The notes under the pieces are model-generated. The model saw only the letters and a program-made list of their open reading frames with translations, searched no databases and had not been told where the DNA came from. DNA of 64,000 nt from an uncultured Actinomycetes bacterium (lineage in GTDB: Bacteria > Actinomycetota > Thermoleophilia > UBA2241): NCBI GenBank assembly GCA_963767005.1, contig CAVYCN010000002.1, forward strand, positions 448,001 through 512,000. Reading direction: 5' to 3'. Shown piece after piece: positions 43,162-52,796 of the stretch. Every line of letters starts with the position of its first letter. The first letter of the stretch is position 1. Made by a program: the position numbers and the translations under genes.

Positions 43162-44271
43162 CTACCCCTCGTCGTCGAGAGCCAGCCCGATGGCGATCGC
43201 GAGCCGCGGCGCCATCCACTCGAGCTGGACTTCAGTCAGTTTGGTCTTGTTCTCGCCGACCTCACGCAGCGGGTTGCCGATCTCGACGGGGAGATGCAGC
43301 GTCTGCGAGAGACAGTACGCGATGTTACGGGTGAGGGCGCCGTCGCCGGTGAGGATGAGGCGCGAGATCTCCCCGGTGTGCTCCTGCGTGTGGTAGTAGT
43401 CGATCGAGCGTCGCAGCTCGTCGGCGAACGGCTCGCACGCCTGCTCGAGGACCTGGTGGATCTCTTGCTGGGTCTCGGGGGTGAGGTCGCCGGGCTGATC
43501 GGGCTGTTCGCCCGAGAGGCCTACCTGGATGCGCAGCGCCTCGGCCTCTTCGAACGAGACCGCACGATGCTGGACGAGCGCCTGGGTGAGCGTCTCGCCG
43601 CCCAGGTTGATGACGCGGGTGAACTGCGTAACGCCACCCGCTGCGATCACCAGGTTGGTGATGCCGCCGCCCATGTTGACGAGGGCCACGACCTCGGCAC
43701 CGTTGCCGTTGGAAGAGCCCTGGTCGATGAACGGCGTCCGCGGCGCGAGCGCCCTGATCATCGCGAAGGCCTGCAGGTCGATCCCGCCGATCACGAGGCC
43801 GGCCTTCTTGGCCACGTTGACGAACTGGCGAACCATCTCGCGCTGGGCGGCGACGAGCAGGATGCGCTGCTTGATACTGCCGTCCTCGGCGGCGTGCGTG
43901 GAGAGCAGCTTGTAGTCGAGGATGGCTTCGTCGACCGGGATCGGGATGTGCTCCTGGGCCTGGAACTCGATCGCGGCCCGAAGCTCTTTTTCGTCGATCT
44001 GCGGGAACTCCATCGTGCGGACGACGATCTTCTGGTTTGCTACACCGAGCTCGACGCTCTTGCTCGCGAACCCGCCCTCTTTCCAGAGGACTTTGAGCTC
44101 GTTGGCAAGGGCGTCGCCGTCGACGACCTCACCTTCGAACACGAGTCCCTCGGGAAGTCCGCGGATCGCAGCATGCGTCAGCACGTTGTGCTGCTTTCCG
44201 GGCTTGACCTGGACCGCAGCGATGGAGGACTGCTCCAGGTCGAGACCCACACGCATTCCGTTCTTGGCCAT
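43162..44271 (-). CDS. pilM: Type IV pilus assembly protein PilM
   Basis: Actin-like fold motifs VGLD, IPIPVDEAILDY, RRSIDYY, ILTGDG and IGLAL. Confidence 0.93.
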   Translation of the reverse strand: MAKNGMRVGLDLEQSSIAAVQVKPGKQHNVLTHAAIRGLPEGLVFEGEVVDGDALANELKVLWKEGGFASKSVELGVANQKIVVRTMEFPQIDEKELRAAIEFQAQEHIPIPVDEAILDYKLLSTHAAEDGSIKQRILLVAAQREMVRQFVNVAKKAGLVIGGIDLQAFAMIRALAPRTPFIDQGSSNGNGAEVVALVNMGGGITNLVIAAGGVTQFTRVINLGGETLTQALVQHRAVSFEEAEALRIQVGLSGEQPDQPGDLTPETQQEIHQVLEQACEPFADELRRSIDYYHTQEHTGEISRLILTGDGALTRNIAYCLSQTLHLPVEIGNPLREVGENKTKLTEVQLEWMAPRLAIAIGLALDDEG

Positions 44272-44305
44272 GGCCTACCCCGTTCGCCTCTGTTTCTCAG
44301 GCAGG

Positions 44306-44333
44306 TTGTCGGCATGTTGCCTACGACGCTTTA
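44306..44333 (-). promoter_or_regulatory. sigma28/WhiG-type promoter for pilMNO
   Basis: TAAA-N16-GCCGACAA. Confidence 0.8.
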
Positions 44334-44414
44334 GGTGAAAGTGGCCGCTCAAGGCACGCGGCGTCGACAGGCGCCGAGGGCCGCGGCGGCCGACGCCACC
44401 CGGCTGCGGAGCCC

Positions 44415-45638
44415 TCAGTCGCGCCATGAGACGTCGCGCGCGACGCGACTTCCGGGAGCGTCGAGCGTCCCCGAGAAGGCGACCTGCAGCGGTGCTCGTA
44501 CCACCAGGCGACCGGCGTACAGACCCCCGTCGACCTGCAGCGGCGCATCGACAGACAGCGTGCCGGTGACCACGAGCGCGCCGCTCAGCGCGGCCTGCCC
44601 CGCGCCGGCCGTGACGGTACAGTCGCCCAGCACGACCACGGTGACCGGACACGCCTGCGGCTCGCCGGCTCGTCGGCCCCACAGGGCGAGCCCCGCGGCC
44701 ACCTCGGGTGCGGTCACCACGAACATGCGACCGCCAGGCGGCAAGGCGGGGTCGCCGAGGGCGGGCGGTGCCGCCGTATCGAGCAGGCCGAGATCGAGCC
44801 CCTCCGCATCGAGCGCGCCGCCAGGGTCGGATGCGTGGGCGCGCCAGTCGGCGATCGTCGCCGGCGCCGGCGGCGCCACGAGCACAGCGGGCGGCACGAG
44901 GCCGGTGTCCGCGTCGGAGTCGCCGGGCGGCGCCGGCCCGGCGGCGACCGCATGCTCTTCGGCGCCGTTGGCGACAATGTGTCCGGCGGCGTGCACTCCG
45001 GCCGCCGACCACAGGCCGTCGTAGGCGAGGTCGGCGGGCGGCGCGTCCACGGCCGCCCCGCCGCCCACAGCCGCGCACGTCACCCATTCGCGCCCATCGA
45101 CGTCGCCGCCGGCATAGAAGCCGCAACCGGTCAGACTGACGCTTGCCTCGAGGTCGGCGTCGGCGCCGACCACGAGGCCGCGCGGCAGGCCGTCCGGCGT
45201 GACCAGCACCATGACCCGCAACGTGCGCGAGGCGTGTCCGCACACGCCGGTCGCCTGCACCCGGCAGGCCGAGATCCCCGGGTCGGCGGCGCCCAGCGCC
45301 GCCCCGGCGCTGAGACGCGGCACCAGGTCGCCGCCCGCCGGCGCTGATACGACAACCGAGTACGCGCCACCGCCGCACGCGATCGGCCCGAAGCTCGCCG
45401 GCAGTGTGGTCGGGCCCGCGCCGAGCCAGCCCCATCGCAAGCGCTCGAGAGCGTCGGTCACACCGGCCCGTGCCGCGTCGCCGGCCTGCGCCGCCGCGGC
45501 GTCGTCGGCGGCGATGGCGGTCGCAGAGAGTGTCACGGACACGAGCGTCGCGGTGCACAGCAGCGCGATCGAGGCGATGAGGAGGGCGGCGAGCAGGGCG
45601 AAGCCGCGCTCACCGCCCCGTCGTGCGCGGCGGCTCAC
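44415..45638 (-). CDS. Minor pilin, PilX/GspK-like
   Basis: RRARRGGERG|FALLAALL, no Glu5; large C-terminal domain; last of four minor pilins. Confidence 0.75.
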   Translation of the reverse strand: MSRRARRGGERGFALLAALLIASIALLCTATLVSVTLSATAIAADDAAAAQAGDAARAGVTDALERLRWGWLGAGPTTLPASFGPIACGGGAYSVVVSAPAGGDLVPRLSAGAALGAADPGISACRVQATGVCGHASRTLRVMVLVTPDGLPRGLVVGADADLEASVSLTGCGFYAGGDVDGREWVTCAAVGGGAAVDAPPADLAYDGLWSAAGVHAAGHIVANGAEEHAVAAGPAPPGDSDADTGLVPPAVLVAPPAPATIADWRAHASDPGGALDAEGLDLGLLDTAAPPALGDPALPPGGRMFVVTAPEVAAGLALWGRRAGEPQACPVTVVVLGDCTVTAGAGQAALSGALVVTGTLSVDAPLQVDGGLYAGRLVVRAPLQVAFSGTLDAPGSRVARDVSWRD

Positions 45639-46210
45639 GTCGGGCACGGCAGACACACCCGCCAGGTCGCGCGCGCCGTCTGCGCCCCGCTGCGCACGCC
45701 GACCGTGAGCGCGACGCAGCGTGCCAGCGAGAGCTCGTCGGCCGGCAGGGCGCCGCCCGCGTCGAGCGGCAGCGTCTGTCCACGAGCGTCGAGGTAGGCG
45801 ACACTGAACTCGTCGACCGCCTCGGCCAGGTGAGAGCTGGGGCTCTTGCGCCAGAGGACCCCGCGCCCGGCGTCGTAGCCGTAGGTCACGAGATCGGTAC
45901 CGGCGGCGTCGGTCGACGGCACCACGAAGGCGAGTCCGGTGGCGGAGCACGGCACAGCCGGACAGGCTACGAGTCCGAGCGACTCGCCGAGCTCGGCGGT
46001 GGTGAGGCGGCGCGTGGCGGCGATCGTCGATGCGGCATCGGCGCGTTCGACACCGGTCCGGCAGGAGCCGCAGAGAGTCCAGCACCAGGCCCAGGCCGCC
46101 GTCAGCACCACGCCCGCGACGGTGGTGGCGACGAGCAGCTCGATCAGGCTGAAGCCCGACGCCGGGCGGGCGCGCCGGGCCGCGCCGCAGGCGGTGGTCG
46201 TCGCGCTCAT
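45635..46210 (-). CDS. Minor pilin, PilW/GspJ-like
   Basis: Prepilin site G|FSLIELLV. Confidence 0.78.
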   Translation of the reverse strand: MSATTTACGAARRARPASGFSLIELLVATTVAGVVLTAAWAWCWTLCGSCRTGVERADAASTIAATRRLTTAELGESLGLVACPAVPCSATGLAFVVPSTDAAGTDLVTYGYDAGRGVLWRKSPSSHLAEAVDEFSVAYLDARGQTLPLDAGGALPADELSLARCVALTVGVRSGAQTARATWRVCLPCPT

Positions 46211-46800
46211 GTCGGGCTCGGTGTCGCGACCGGGCAGAGGCCCGCGGGCCGATCGGCGATGACGAGGGTGCGCGTCACTGTGCCGCCGCGGCTGCCGGCC
46301 CGCCAGCGCGCCGAGACGCGCAGCAGCAGGACGGCAGCCGGCGGACACCCGCCGGCGGCGTGGTCGTACCCGCTGAGAAGGTCGGCGTCGAGCGGCTGCA
46401 GGCCGTCCGCGCCGGCGGCGAGGAACGTCGCGGCGATGGTGAGGGGCCCGCACGCCGCCTCGCGCACCGTGAAGAACGTGCCGGCGGGGCAGCCGTCGGT
46501 CGGCTCGCCCGCCCAGTAGGCCGTCGGCGTGTCGCGCACCGAAGCGGCGTGCGGGAAGACGGCGCCGAGAAGGTCGGCTGCCGGCGTGGCGCTCGCGGCC
46601 GCCGGGTCGTCGAAGGGCAGGGCGCGCAGTGCTTCGGCCTGAGCGTCGACGCCCGAGACCGCGGCCGCGCGACCCTGATCGGCGCCAGCCACCGCGCGGG
46701 CGCTCAGGCACGCCCCGGTCGCCGCGATCGAGATCGCCATGACCACGGCCGCCGCCACGGCGACCTCGATCAGCGTCATGCCGCGTCCGCTTACTGCCAT
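46207..46800 (-). CDS. Minor pilin, PilV/GspI-like
   Basis: Prepilin site RG|MTLIEVAV. Confidence 0.78.
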   Translation of the reverse strand: MAVSGRGMTLIEVAVAAAVVMAISIAATGACLSARAVAGADQGRAAAVSGVDAQAEALRALPFDDPAAASATPAADLLGAVFPHAASVRDTPTAYWAGEPTDGCPAGTFFTVREAACGPLTIAATFLAAGADGLQPLDADLLSGYDHAAGGCPPAAVLLLRVSARWRAGSRGGTVTRTLVIADRPAGLCPVATPSPT

Positions 46801-47231
46801 CGCACCCTGCCTCCGAGTTGCAACACCACGCTGGCGCTGGCGCCGGACCGGGTGAAGCTGAAGCTGCCGGCGCGCGGCGTGCCGCTGTCGGCGCAGGGCC
46901 AGCCCCACGGCCCGAACTGCACGACGCCGCCCGGGTAGTTCGAGCTGCAAGCCTCGTGGAACCGGCCGCGATCGACCACGACGGCACCACCGGCGGCGGC
47001 TTCGTCGCACTCGTAGCCGAGGCCCTGGTCGACGAGCCGCACCGACACGGCGTAGCCCGTCGCGGCGGCCACCGCTTGCGCGCGCCGCAGCACCAGTGCA
47101 AAGGACCGCGCGTCGGCGCCCGTCGCCGCGCGACCCGTGACCCAGGCCACGCCAGGCACCGAGACCGCGGCGATCGTCGAGGCGACGACCAGCACCGCGA
47201 GCAGCTCGGACAGGGTGTGACCACGTGACAC
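46791..47231 (-). CDS. Minor pilin, FimT/GspH-like
   Basis: Prepilin site RG|HTLSELL; C-terminal GGRVRWQ. Confidence 0.78.
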   Translation of the reverse strand: MSRGHTLSELLAVLVVASTIAAVSVPGVAWVTGRAATGADARSFALVLRRAQAVAAATGYAVSVRLVDQGLGYECDEAAAGGAVVVDRGRFHEACSSNYPGGVVQFGPWGWPCADSGTPRAGSFSFTRSGASASVVLQLGGRVRWQ

Positions 47232-47479
47232 GGCATCCTCACTTTCAAGAGACGGCGGGGCGACGCCTGCGGCGCCGCCCCTCGATGCTAGCCTCGCCTC
47301 GCGCGCGCTGGCGACGTCCTTGGTGGCGCGCGCCGTTCACGTTCGCGATGGCCACGGGTGACGAAGCGATCAGGGGCCACGTCCACGGCGTCCGACGCGG
47401 CGCCGGGATCGGCGGATGGAGCGTCCGCGGCCGGGCACCTCTCGTCGTCGCGCGGAGCAGCGTTCGCCGCGGGCCGCCC

Positions 47480-48256
47480 CTAGCGGCGCAAGGCCGCGTG
47501 CAGGTACAGGTGGATCAGCTGGTCGCCGCAGAGCAGCGCGACGACGGCGCCCAGCGCCAGGAATGGCCCGAAGGGGATCGCCGTCCTGGTGCTGCGGCCG
47601 CGGGTCAGCAGCGCGACGCCGGCGGCGGCGCCGGCAACGAAGCCGATGAAGAGCGCCGGGATCACGGCCGTGCCGAGGAAGAAGCCCATGCACAGCGCGA
47701 GCTTGACGTCGCCCATGCCCATCCCCTGCATGCCGCGCAGCCGCTCGTAGACGAGGCTCACGCCGAGCAGCGCGCCGCCCGCGCCGAGGCCGCAGACGGC
47801 CCACAGCCACCGCGGCGCGCCGCCGGGATCGAGGACGGTCATGCCGACCACGCCGATCAACGCCACGGGCAGGATCACGACATCGGGGATGATGCGCTCG
47901 GCGATGTCGATGTCGCTGACCAGCACAAGCGCCGCGACCAGGAGCAGCTCGATCGGCAGCACGGGATGCGGACCGGTGACGGCGGCCACGCCGGCGAAGA
48001 GCGCGGCCGTGAGCGCCTCGACGGCCGGGTACCGTGGGCTGATGGGCGCGCCGCAGGCGTGACAGCGGCCGCGCAGCACGACCCACGACAGCAGCGGGAT
48101 GTTGTCGACGGCGCGGATCTGAGTGGTGCACGTCGGGCAGAACGAACGGCCGGCGGCCACGCTGATGCCGAGTGGCAGGCGGTACGCGCAGGCGTTCAGG
48201 AAGCTGCCGATGAGCAGCCCGAAGACACCCGCCACCGTGATGACGTAGGCGTCCAC
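47480..48256 (-). CDS. pilD: Prepilin peptidase/N-methyltransferase
   Basis: Motifs GSFLN, CPTC, CHAC, GMGDVKL and IPFGPFL. Confidence 0.95.
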   Translation of the reverse strand: MDAYVITVAGVFGLLIGSFLNACAYRLPLGISVAAGRSFCPTCTTQIRAVDNIPLLSWVVLRGRCHACGAPISPRYPAVEALTAALFAGVAAVTGPHPVLPIELLLVAALVLVSDIDIAERIIPDVVILPVALIGVVGMTVLDPGGAPRWLWAVCGLGAGGALLGVSLVYERLRGMQGMGMGDVKLALCMGFFLGTAVIPALFIGFVAGAAAGVALLTRGRSTRTAIPFGPFLALGAVVALLCGDQLIHLYLHAALRR

Positions 48257-48292
48257 CCTAGCCCCTCTCCTCCGGCCGGGCCCCGCGCCTCA

Positions 48293-49063
48293 TCAGTAGC
48301 CCTGGAAGAGGTCGGCGACGAACTGCGAGAACAGGGCACGCGGTACCGAGGTCTTGAGGCCCGCCACCGCGCTCTCGCGCGCGACCTTGCCGGTCGGCAG
48401 GAGCTTGTCGAGCGCCGCCACGGCCTTCTGTCGCGCGTACGTATCGCCCGTCCTGTCGCCGGTCACCCAGACCTGCGTCCACAGGTCGATCGCGATCTGC
48501 GGGCTGTTGCCCTTGGTCGCGAGCTCGGCTGCCAGGCGCGGCACGAAGTCGGGCCTGCCCGGCAGGCGCGCGGCCTTCGCGTACCACTGAGCCGCGACGA
48601 CGTACCGCTGCGAGTTCGTCGCGTAGGTGTACGCGAAGAAGCCCAGATAAAAGGGGAACTGCCAGTTCCTCGGGTTGGCCGCGAAGCCGCTCTTGAGCAG
48701 CCCGTAGGCGACATCGGGCCGGCCGGCGTCGATCATCGCGAAGGCGCCGAAGAAGTAGGCCTGCGTGAAGTGGGGGCTCAAGTCGGTCACCAGGCGCACC
48801 ATGGCCGGCAGCGAATCGAGGCGATGGTCCGCGTTCACATGCTCGCCGTAGTACTGGATGGTCGCCAGCCAGTAGACGTCGCCCAGGGTGGCACGCATGC
48901 CGGGCGAGAAGCTGTGGTACAGCGTCGGCGACGGGACGAAGATGACAGGGTTGGGCCGGGCCGCCGCCGGCCTGTCCGACTGATAGCCGACGACCGCGAC
49001 CACGCAGGCACAGACCACGAGGAGCGCGGCGGCGTGGCGCAGGGCGCGCACTAGGCGCTCCAC
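48293..49063 (-). CDS. Pilus-associated helical exported protein (PilG/XapA-like)
   Basis: N-terminal TM, DVYWLATIQYYG, TPR-like helices; lies between the ABC genes and pilD. Confidence 0.6.
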   Translation of the reverse strand: MERLVRALRHAAALLVVCACVVAVVGYQSDRPAAARPNPVIFVPSPTLYHSFSPGMRATLGDVYWLATIQYYGEHVNADHRLDSLPAMVRLVTDLSPHFTQAYFFGAFAMIDAGRPDVAYGLLKSGFAANPRNWQFPFYLGFFAYTYATNSQRYVVAAQWYAKAARLPGRPDFVPRLAAELATKGNSPQIAIDLWTQVWVTGDRTGDTYARQKAVAALDKLLPTGKVARESAVAGLKTSVPRALFSQFVADLFQGY

Positions 49064-49108
49064 GCAGCCGAGGCGGCCTGAGCGATGACGACGGAGTCGT
49101 TCATCGGC

Positions 49109-49873
49109 CTAGAACTCCTTGCGCGCGAAGACCCAGGTGGCGGCGAACAGGGCGACGACGAGATACGCGACGAGGTAGCCGCTCCAGGCCGCGACGCTGG
49201 CGTGGCCGATCGCACCCTCGCCCACCACGGCGCCGCGCACGTCGATCGCGCTCAGGTTGGGCACCAGGTAGAACACGACCTTCGACAGCGCGTGGGTCAG
49301 ACTCGAGTGACCGAGGCGCGACAGCGAGAGCACGTTGTGGCTGAGCTGACCCGCGCCGTAGACGCAGATGCCCCAGACGCTCGCGAGTACGGCCGAGGTG
49401 AGGGTCGAGAAGAGGATGGTCATCGCCATGACGACGAGCAGCTGCAGGTAGATCAGCAGGCCCGCCACGAGCAGCGACCCCTGGGGCGGCCGCGCCACGA
49501 TCCAGGCGAGCGCGAAGAGGAACACGGTCATCCCCATGAGCACGACGAACATGGTCGCCGCCAGGCCCAGGAACTTGCCCCAGATGAACTCGCTGCGCGA
49601 GACCGGCTTGGAGAAGATGATGAACACGGTGCGCTTCTCGACCTCTTTGCGCACCAGGCTGGCGGCGACGAAGGCCGCGACGATCAGCCCGAAGAGGCTG
49701 ATCGCGACCAGGCCGAAGTCCTTGATCATGCGACCCTCCTGGCCCAGGCTGATGCTCGCCAGCCAGAGGCTCGCCACGATCATGGCGAGGGCGAACAGGA
49801 CGATGACGCCGAGGATGCGGTCGCGGATCGTCTCGCGGAACGTGTTCACGGCGACGGCAGCAACGCGCCTCAC
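49109..49873 (-). CDS. ABC-2 type permease (PilI/Xap-like)
   Basis: Motifs NTFRETIRDR and EKRTVFIIFSKPVSRSEFIWGKF; about 6 TM segments. Confidence 0.85.
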   Translation of the reverse strand: MRRVAAVAVNTFRETIRDRILGVIVLFALAMIVASLWLASISLGQEGRMIKDFGLVAISLFGLIVAAFVAASLVRKEVEKRTVFIIFSKPVSRSEFIWGKFLGLAATMFVVLMGMTVFLFALAWIVARPPQGSLLVAGLLIYLQLLVVMAMTILFSTLTSAVLASVWGICVYGAGQLSHNVLSLSRLGHSSLTHALSKVVFYLVPNLSAIDVRGAVVGEGAIGHASVAAWSGYLVAYLVVALFAATWVFARKEF

Positions 49874-50637
49874 GACGCCACCACCTCCATGAAGAAGCGC
49901 TCCAGGTCGGCGCCGGGGCTCGACGCCAGGGCGTCGTCGATCGCCCCCTGCCACAGCACACGGCCGTGCCGCATGATCGCGATGCGGGTGCACAGGGCGG
50001 CGACGTCGGCCAGGACGTGCGAGTTGAACAGCACGGTCGTGCCGCGCTCGTGCAGGCGCTGGATGATCTCCTTGACCTCGACGCGGCCGATCGGGTCGAG
50101 CCCCGTCATTGGTTCGTCGAGCAACACGAAGCGGGGCTCGTTGATGAGCGCCTGAGCGATGCCGATGCGTTGCAGCATGCCCTTGGAGTACTTGCGCAGC
50201 TGCACGTGCGCGGCGCGCGCGAGACCGACCTCGTCGAGGATCGCGGCGATGCGGCGCTCACGCTCCTCTCGCTCGACCGAGAACAGGCGCGCGCAGAAGT
50301 GCAGGAACTCGGTGCCCGTCAGGTAGTCGTAGAAGTACGGGTTCTCGGGCAGGTAGCCGAGCTCGCCGAGCCCGTCGACGCCGAGCGTCACGGAGCCGCT
50401 CGTGGGGCGCATGAGGCCGAGCACGACCTTGAGCGTCGTGGTCTTGCCGGCGCCATTGGGGCCGAGCAACCCGAAGACGTCTCCTTCGCGCACCTCGAGG
50501 TCGACGCCGCGCAGGATCTCGACCTTGCGACGGCGGAAGCCGACCGCCACGGTCTTGCGCAGCTCGCGGACCTCGAGTGCGCGCGCGACCGTGTCTCGCA
50601 CGTCCCGAGCGACCTCTGTCGGATCTTGCCGGTTCAT
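49870..50637 (-). CDS. ABC transporter ATPase (PilH/XapD-like)
   Basis: Motifs GPNGAGKTT, YSKGMLQRIG and LDEPMTGLDP. Start uncertain (50637 or 50664). Confidence 0.9.
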   Translation of the reverse strand: MNRQDPTEVARDVRDTVARALEVRELRKTVAVGFRRRKVEILRGVDLEVREGDVFGLLGPNGAGKTTTLKVVLGLMRPTSGSVTLGVDGLGELGYLPENPYFYDYLTGTEFLHFCARLFSVEREERERRIAAILDEVGLARAAHVQLRKYSKGMLQRIGIAQALINEPRFVLLDEPMTGLDPIGRVEVKEIIQRLHERGTTVLFNSHVLADVAALCTRIAIMRHGRVLWQGAIDDALASSPGADLERFFMEVVAS

Positions 50638-50671
50638 CTGCGCGTCTGTTACTGAGGCCCGCATGCAGATT

Positions 50672-50698
50672 CCTTCGGAACGTCGCCGAAATCCTTTA
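50672..50698 (-). promoter_or_regulatory. sigma28/WhiG-type promoter for the ABC-pilD operon
   Basis: TAAA-N15-TCCGAAGG. Confidence 0.55.
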
Positions 50699-50786
50699 GA
50701 GGTTGGCGTGGACTCTTAAAGCGCCGTTAATACAATCGATCATCGGACCGAGCGGCATCGGCGCGACCGGAGGGCGCCCTAAAGGC

Positions 50787-50821
50787 GCGGACCGGCGGCG
50801 CCTGGGGCGCCGCCGGTCCGC
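50787..50821 (-). terminator. Hairpin after pilin 3
   Basis: Perfect 16-bp stem GCGGACCGGCGGCGCC with a 3-nt loop. Confidence 0.7.
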
Positions 50822-50866
50822 AACAAAATGAAAGACAAGAGGACGCTGGACTGCTCTGGCGAGTGC

Positions 50867-51268
50867 TTACGGGACGGTCCAGCCCCCTGAGTTCATGTGT
50901 CCGACGAGCGAGAAGCTCATGCCGCTGCCGCCCTGGGTGTAGGTGTAGTCACCGAGGCTCGAGCTGTCCTTCATGTCGACATTCGTGTAAGGGTTCTTGG
51001 GCCAGTTGTCGACGTACGGCGTGCCGCTCGAGTCCACAAGCGCTGCCCTGTTGGGTACCGTTGCTGGATAGAGGTCGGTGTGGTCGATCGCATAGCTGGC
51101 GATGCCCAGCTCGATGTTGTGCACGGCCCCCTTGACCGCCGCGTCCTTGGCCTTTTCGCGCTGATTCAGGAACATCGGGATCGCGATCGCGGCCAGGATG
51201 CCGACGATGATGATGACGATCAGGAGCTCGATCAGCGTGAAGCCGCGCTGACCTCGACGCCTTCTCAT
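50867..51268 (-). CDS. pilA: Type IVa pilin, paralog 3
   Basis: MRRRRGQRG|[22 protein letters not shown]; strong SD AAGGAGGT. Confidence 0.9.
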   Translation of the reverse strand: MRRRRGQRGFTLIELLIVIIIVGILAAIAIPMFLNQREKAKDAAVKGAVHNIELGIASYAIDHTDLYPATVPNRAALVDSSGTPYVDNWPKNPYTNVDMKDSSSLGDYTYTQGGSGMSFSLVGHMNSGGWTVP

Positions 51269-51323
51269 CGTCGTCCACCTCCTTTCCGCCGTTCGTTGCT
51301 CATTCGTCTACTAGCCTGCCCAG

Positions 51324-51350
51324 ATGTCGGGCGTTTGGACGGAAACCTTA
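51324..51350 (-). promoter_or_regulatory. sigma28/WhiG-type promoter for pilin 3
   Basis: TAAG-N15-CCCGACAT. Confidence 0.6.
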
Positions 51351-51425
51351 GTGGCTGGCGCTCCGACGCGGCTACGCAGGGCGATTCCGAAGGCGGAGCC
51401 GGCTTCGGCTTCCTGGGCGCCGCGC

Positions 51426-51455
51426 TTGCCGGGCGGGGCATCGTTCCGGTACGTT
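51426..51455 (+). promoter_or_regulatory. SigA-type leaderless promoter for the GT-C gene
   Basis: TTGCCG-N18-TACGTT, 6 nt before an in-frame GTG at 51462. Confidence 0.5.
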
Positions 51456-51461
51456 GCGTTC

Positions 51462-52751
51462 GTGGGTGAAACCGACCATCTGCGCGAGGCGGTGTCCTCC
51501 CGGGTGCTCCACGCCGGGCTCCTGGCGGCCCCCTTCGCGATCGTCGTCCTGGCGTCGGCCGGTCTCACTCATCCGTTCCACGTCTACCAGGACTTCGACG
51601 AAGCCGTCCATTTCGGCATCGTCCGCTCCGTCGCCGCGTCGTGGCCGCGTCCCCTGTTGTCCGGCTACCCCTCCTGGTCGGGACCCTTCGTCTACTGGCT
51701 CCTCGCGAGCCTGTCGCGTCCGTTCGGTGGTTCCCTCGTCGCCTGCAGACTGGCCGTGACCGTCCTCTCGTGGTCGACCTGCGTCACGGCGTATGTGATC
51801 TTCAGGGACCGCCTCGGCGCCACGCCGCGGACCGCCCTGGCGCTGGCGGCGCTGCTCGCGACGTCGCCCTTCTTCTTCGGCGAGTCCTTCCGGGTGCTGA
51901 CCGACAACCCGGCCTGGCTGTTCGTCGCGCTCGCCCTTGAGCGCCTCCTCGCCTACGTCCAGCGGCCGCGCACCGGCGCGCTCGCCGGCTACGCCGTCTG
52001 CAGCGCGCTCGCCATGCTCACCCGGCAGCTCACCGCGTGGCTCGTCCTGCCCGCGCTGGTCCTGCTCCTCATGAGCCGGGCGCCGTCTCGCGAGCGCGCC
52101 CGGTCCGCCGCGATCGTGGCCTGCGGGCTCCTGCCCCTCGTAGCGCTGTTCGTCGTCTGGGGCGGCCTCCTGCCGTCCGGCGGGGCCTCGACCGGCCCGA
52201 GCGGCTACGGCTTGCGCAACATCGTGCTGGCGCTCGCCGTAGTCGGACTCTGGGGCATCCTGCTCGTCCCCGCCGACGACGTCGCCGCGCTGCCCGCGCG
52301 GCTTACTCGCACGGCCTGGGCGGCGGTAGCCGGGAGTGCCGTCGTGACGCTCGCGGTGATCGCCGCAGGCGCCCTCTCCAGCCTGCGGGGCGGCGATCCG
52401 TACGGCCTCGGCCTGATCGGCAGGTTGGGCCAGGCGTGGTGGGGGGTCGACGGCACGAGCGGCGTGTGGTGGGTCCTGGCGCCGCTCGGCGCGAGCATGC
52501 TCGTCACGCTCGTCGCCACGCGGTTTCGAGAAGACCGCGATCGGGTCCTGGTCGTCGCGCTCGCCGCGCTCGTGCTGACCAGCGCGGCCAGCGCGACCTG
52601 GTATCAGCGGTACGTCGACTTCGGCGTGCTGCTCTGCCTCTGCGGTCTCGTCGCCGGTGGCGCGACTCGCCTGCGGGGGATCGACGTCCTGCGTTGGGTA
52701 GGAGTCGTCGCGATTTCGGCGGTCTGGGCGTTCACCACAGCCAGGCCGTGA
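51462..52751 (+). CDS. GT-C fold polytopic membrane glycosyltransferase
   Basis: First-loop acidic motif DFDEAVH, plus LTDN, TRQ and QRY; about 11 hydrophobic segments. The only credible + strand CDS. Start inferred. Confidence 0.72.
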   Translation: MGETDHLREAVSSRVLHAGLLAAPFAIVVLASAGLTHPFHVYQDFDEAVHFGIVRSVAASWPRPLLSGYPSWSGPFVYWLLASLSRPFGGSLVACRLAVTVLSWSTCVTAYVIFRDRLGATPRTALALAALLATSPFFFGESFRVLTDNPAWLFVALALERLLAYVQRPRTGALAGYAVCSALAMLTRQLTAWLVLPALVLLLMSRAPSRERARSAAIVACGLLPLVALFVVWGGLLPSGGASTGPSGYGLRNIVLALAVVGLWGILLVPADDVAALPARLTRTAWAAVAGSAVVTLAVIAAGALSSLRGGDPYGLGLIGRLGQAWWGVDGTSGVWWVLAPLGASMLVTLVATRFREDRDRVLVVALAALVLTSAASATWYQRYVDFGVLLCLCGLVAGGATRLRGIDVLRWVGVVAISAVWAFTTARP

Positions 52752-52796
52752 GACGCCAGCCTTGGTCTATCCCGGAGGCTTGTGCCCGGAAGGCCG

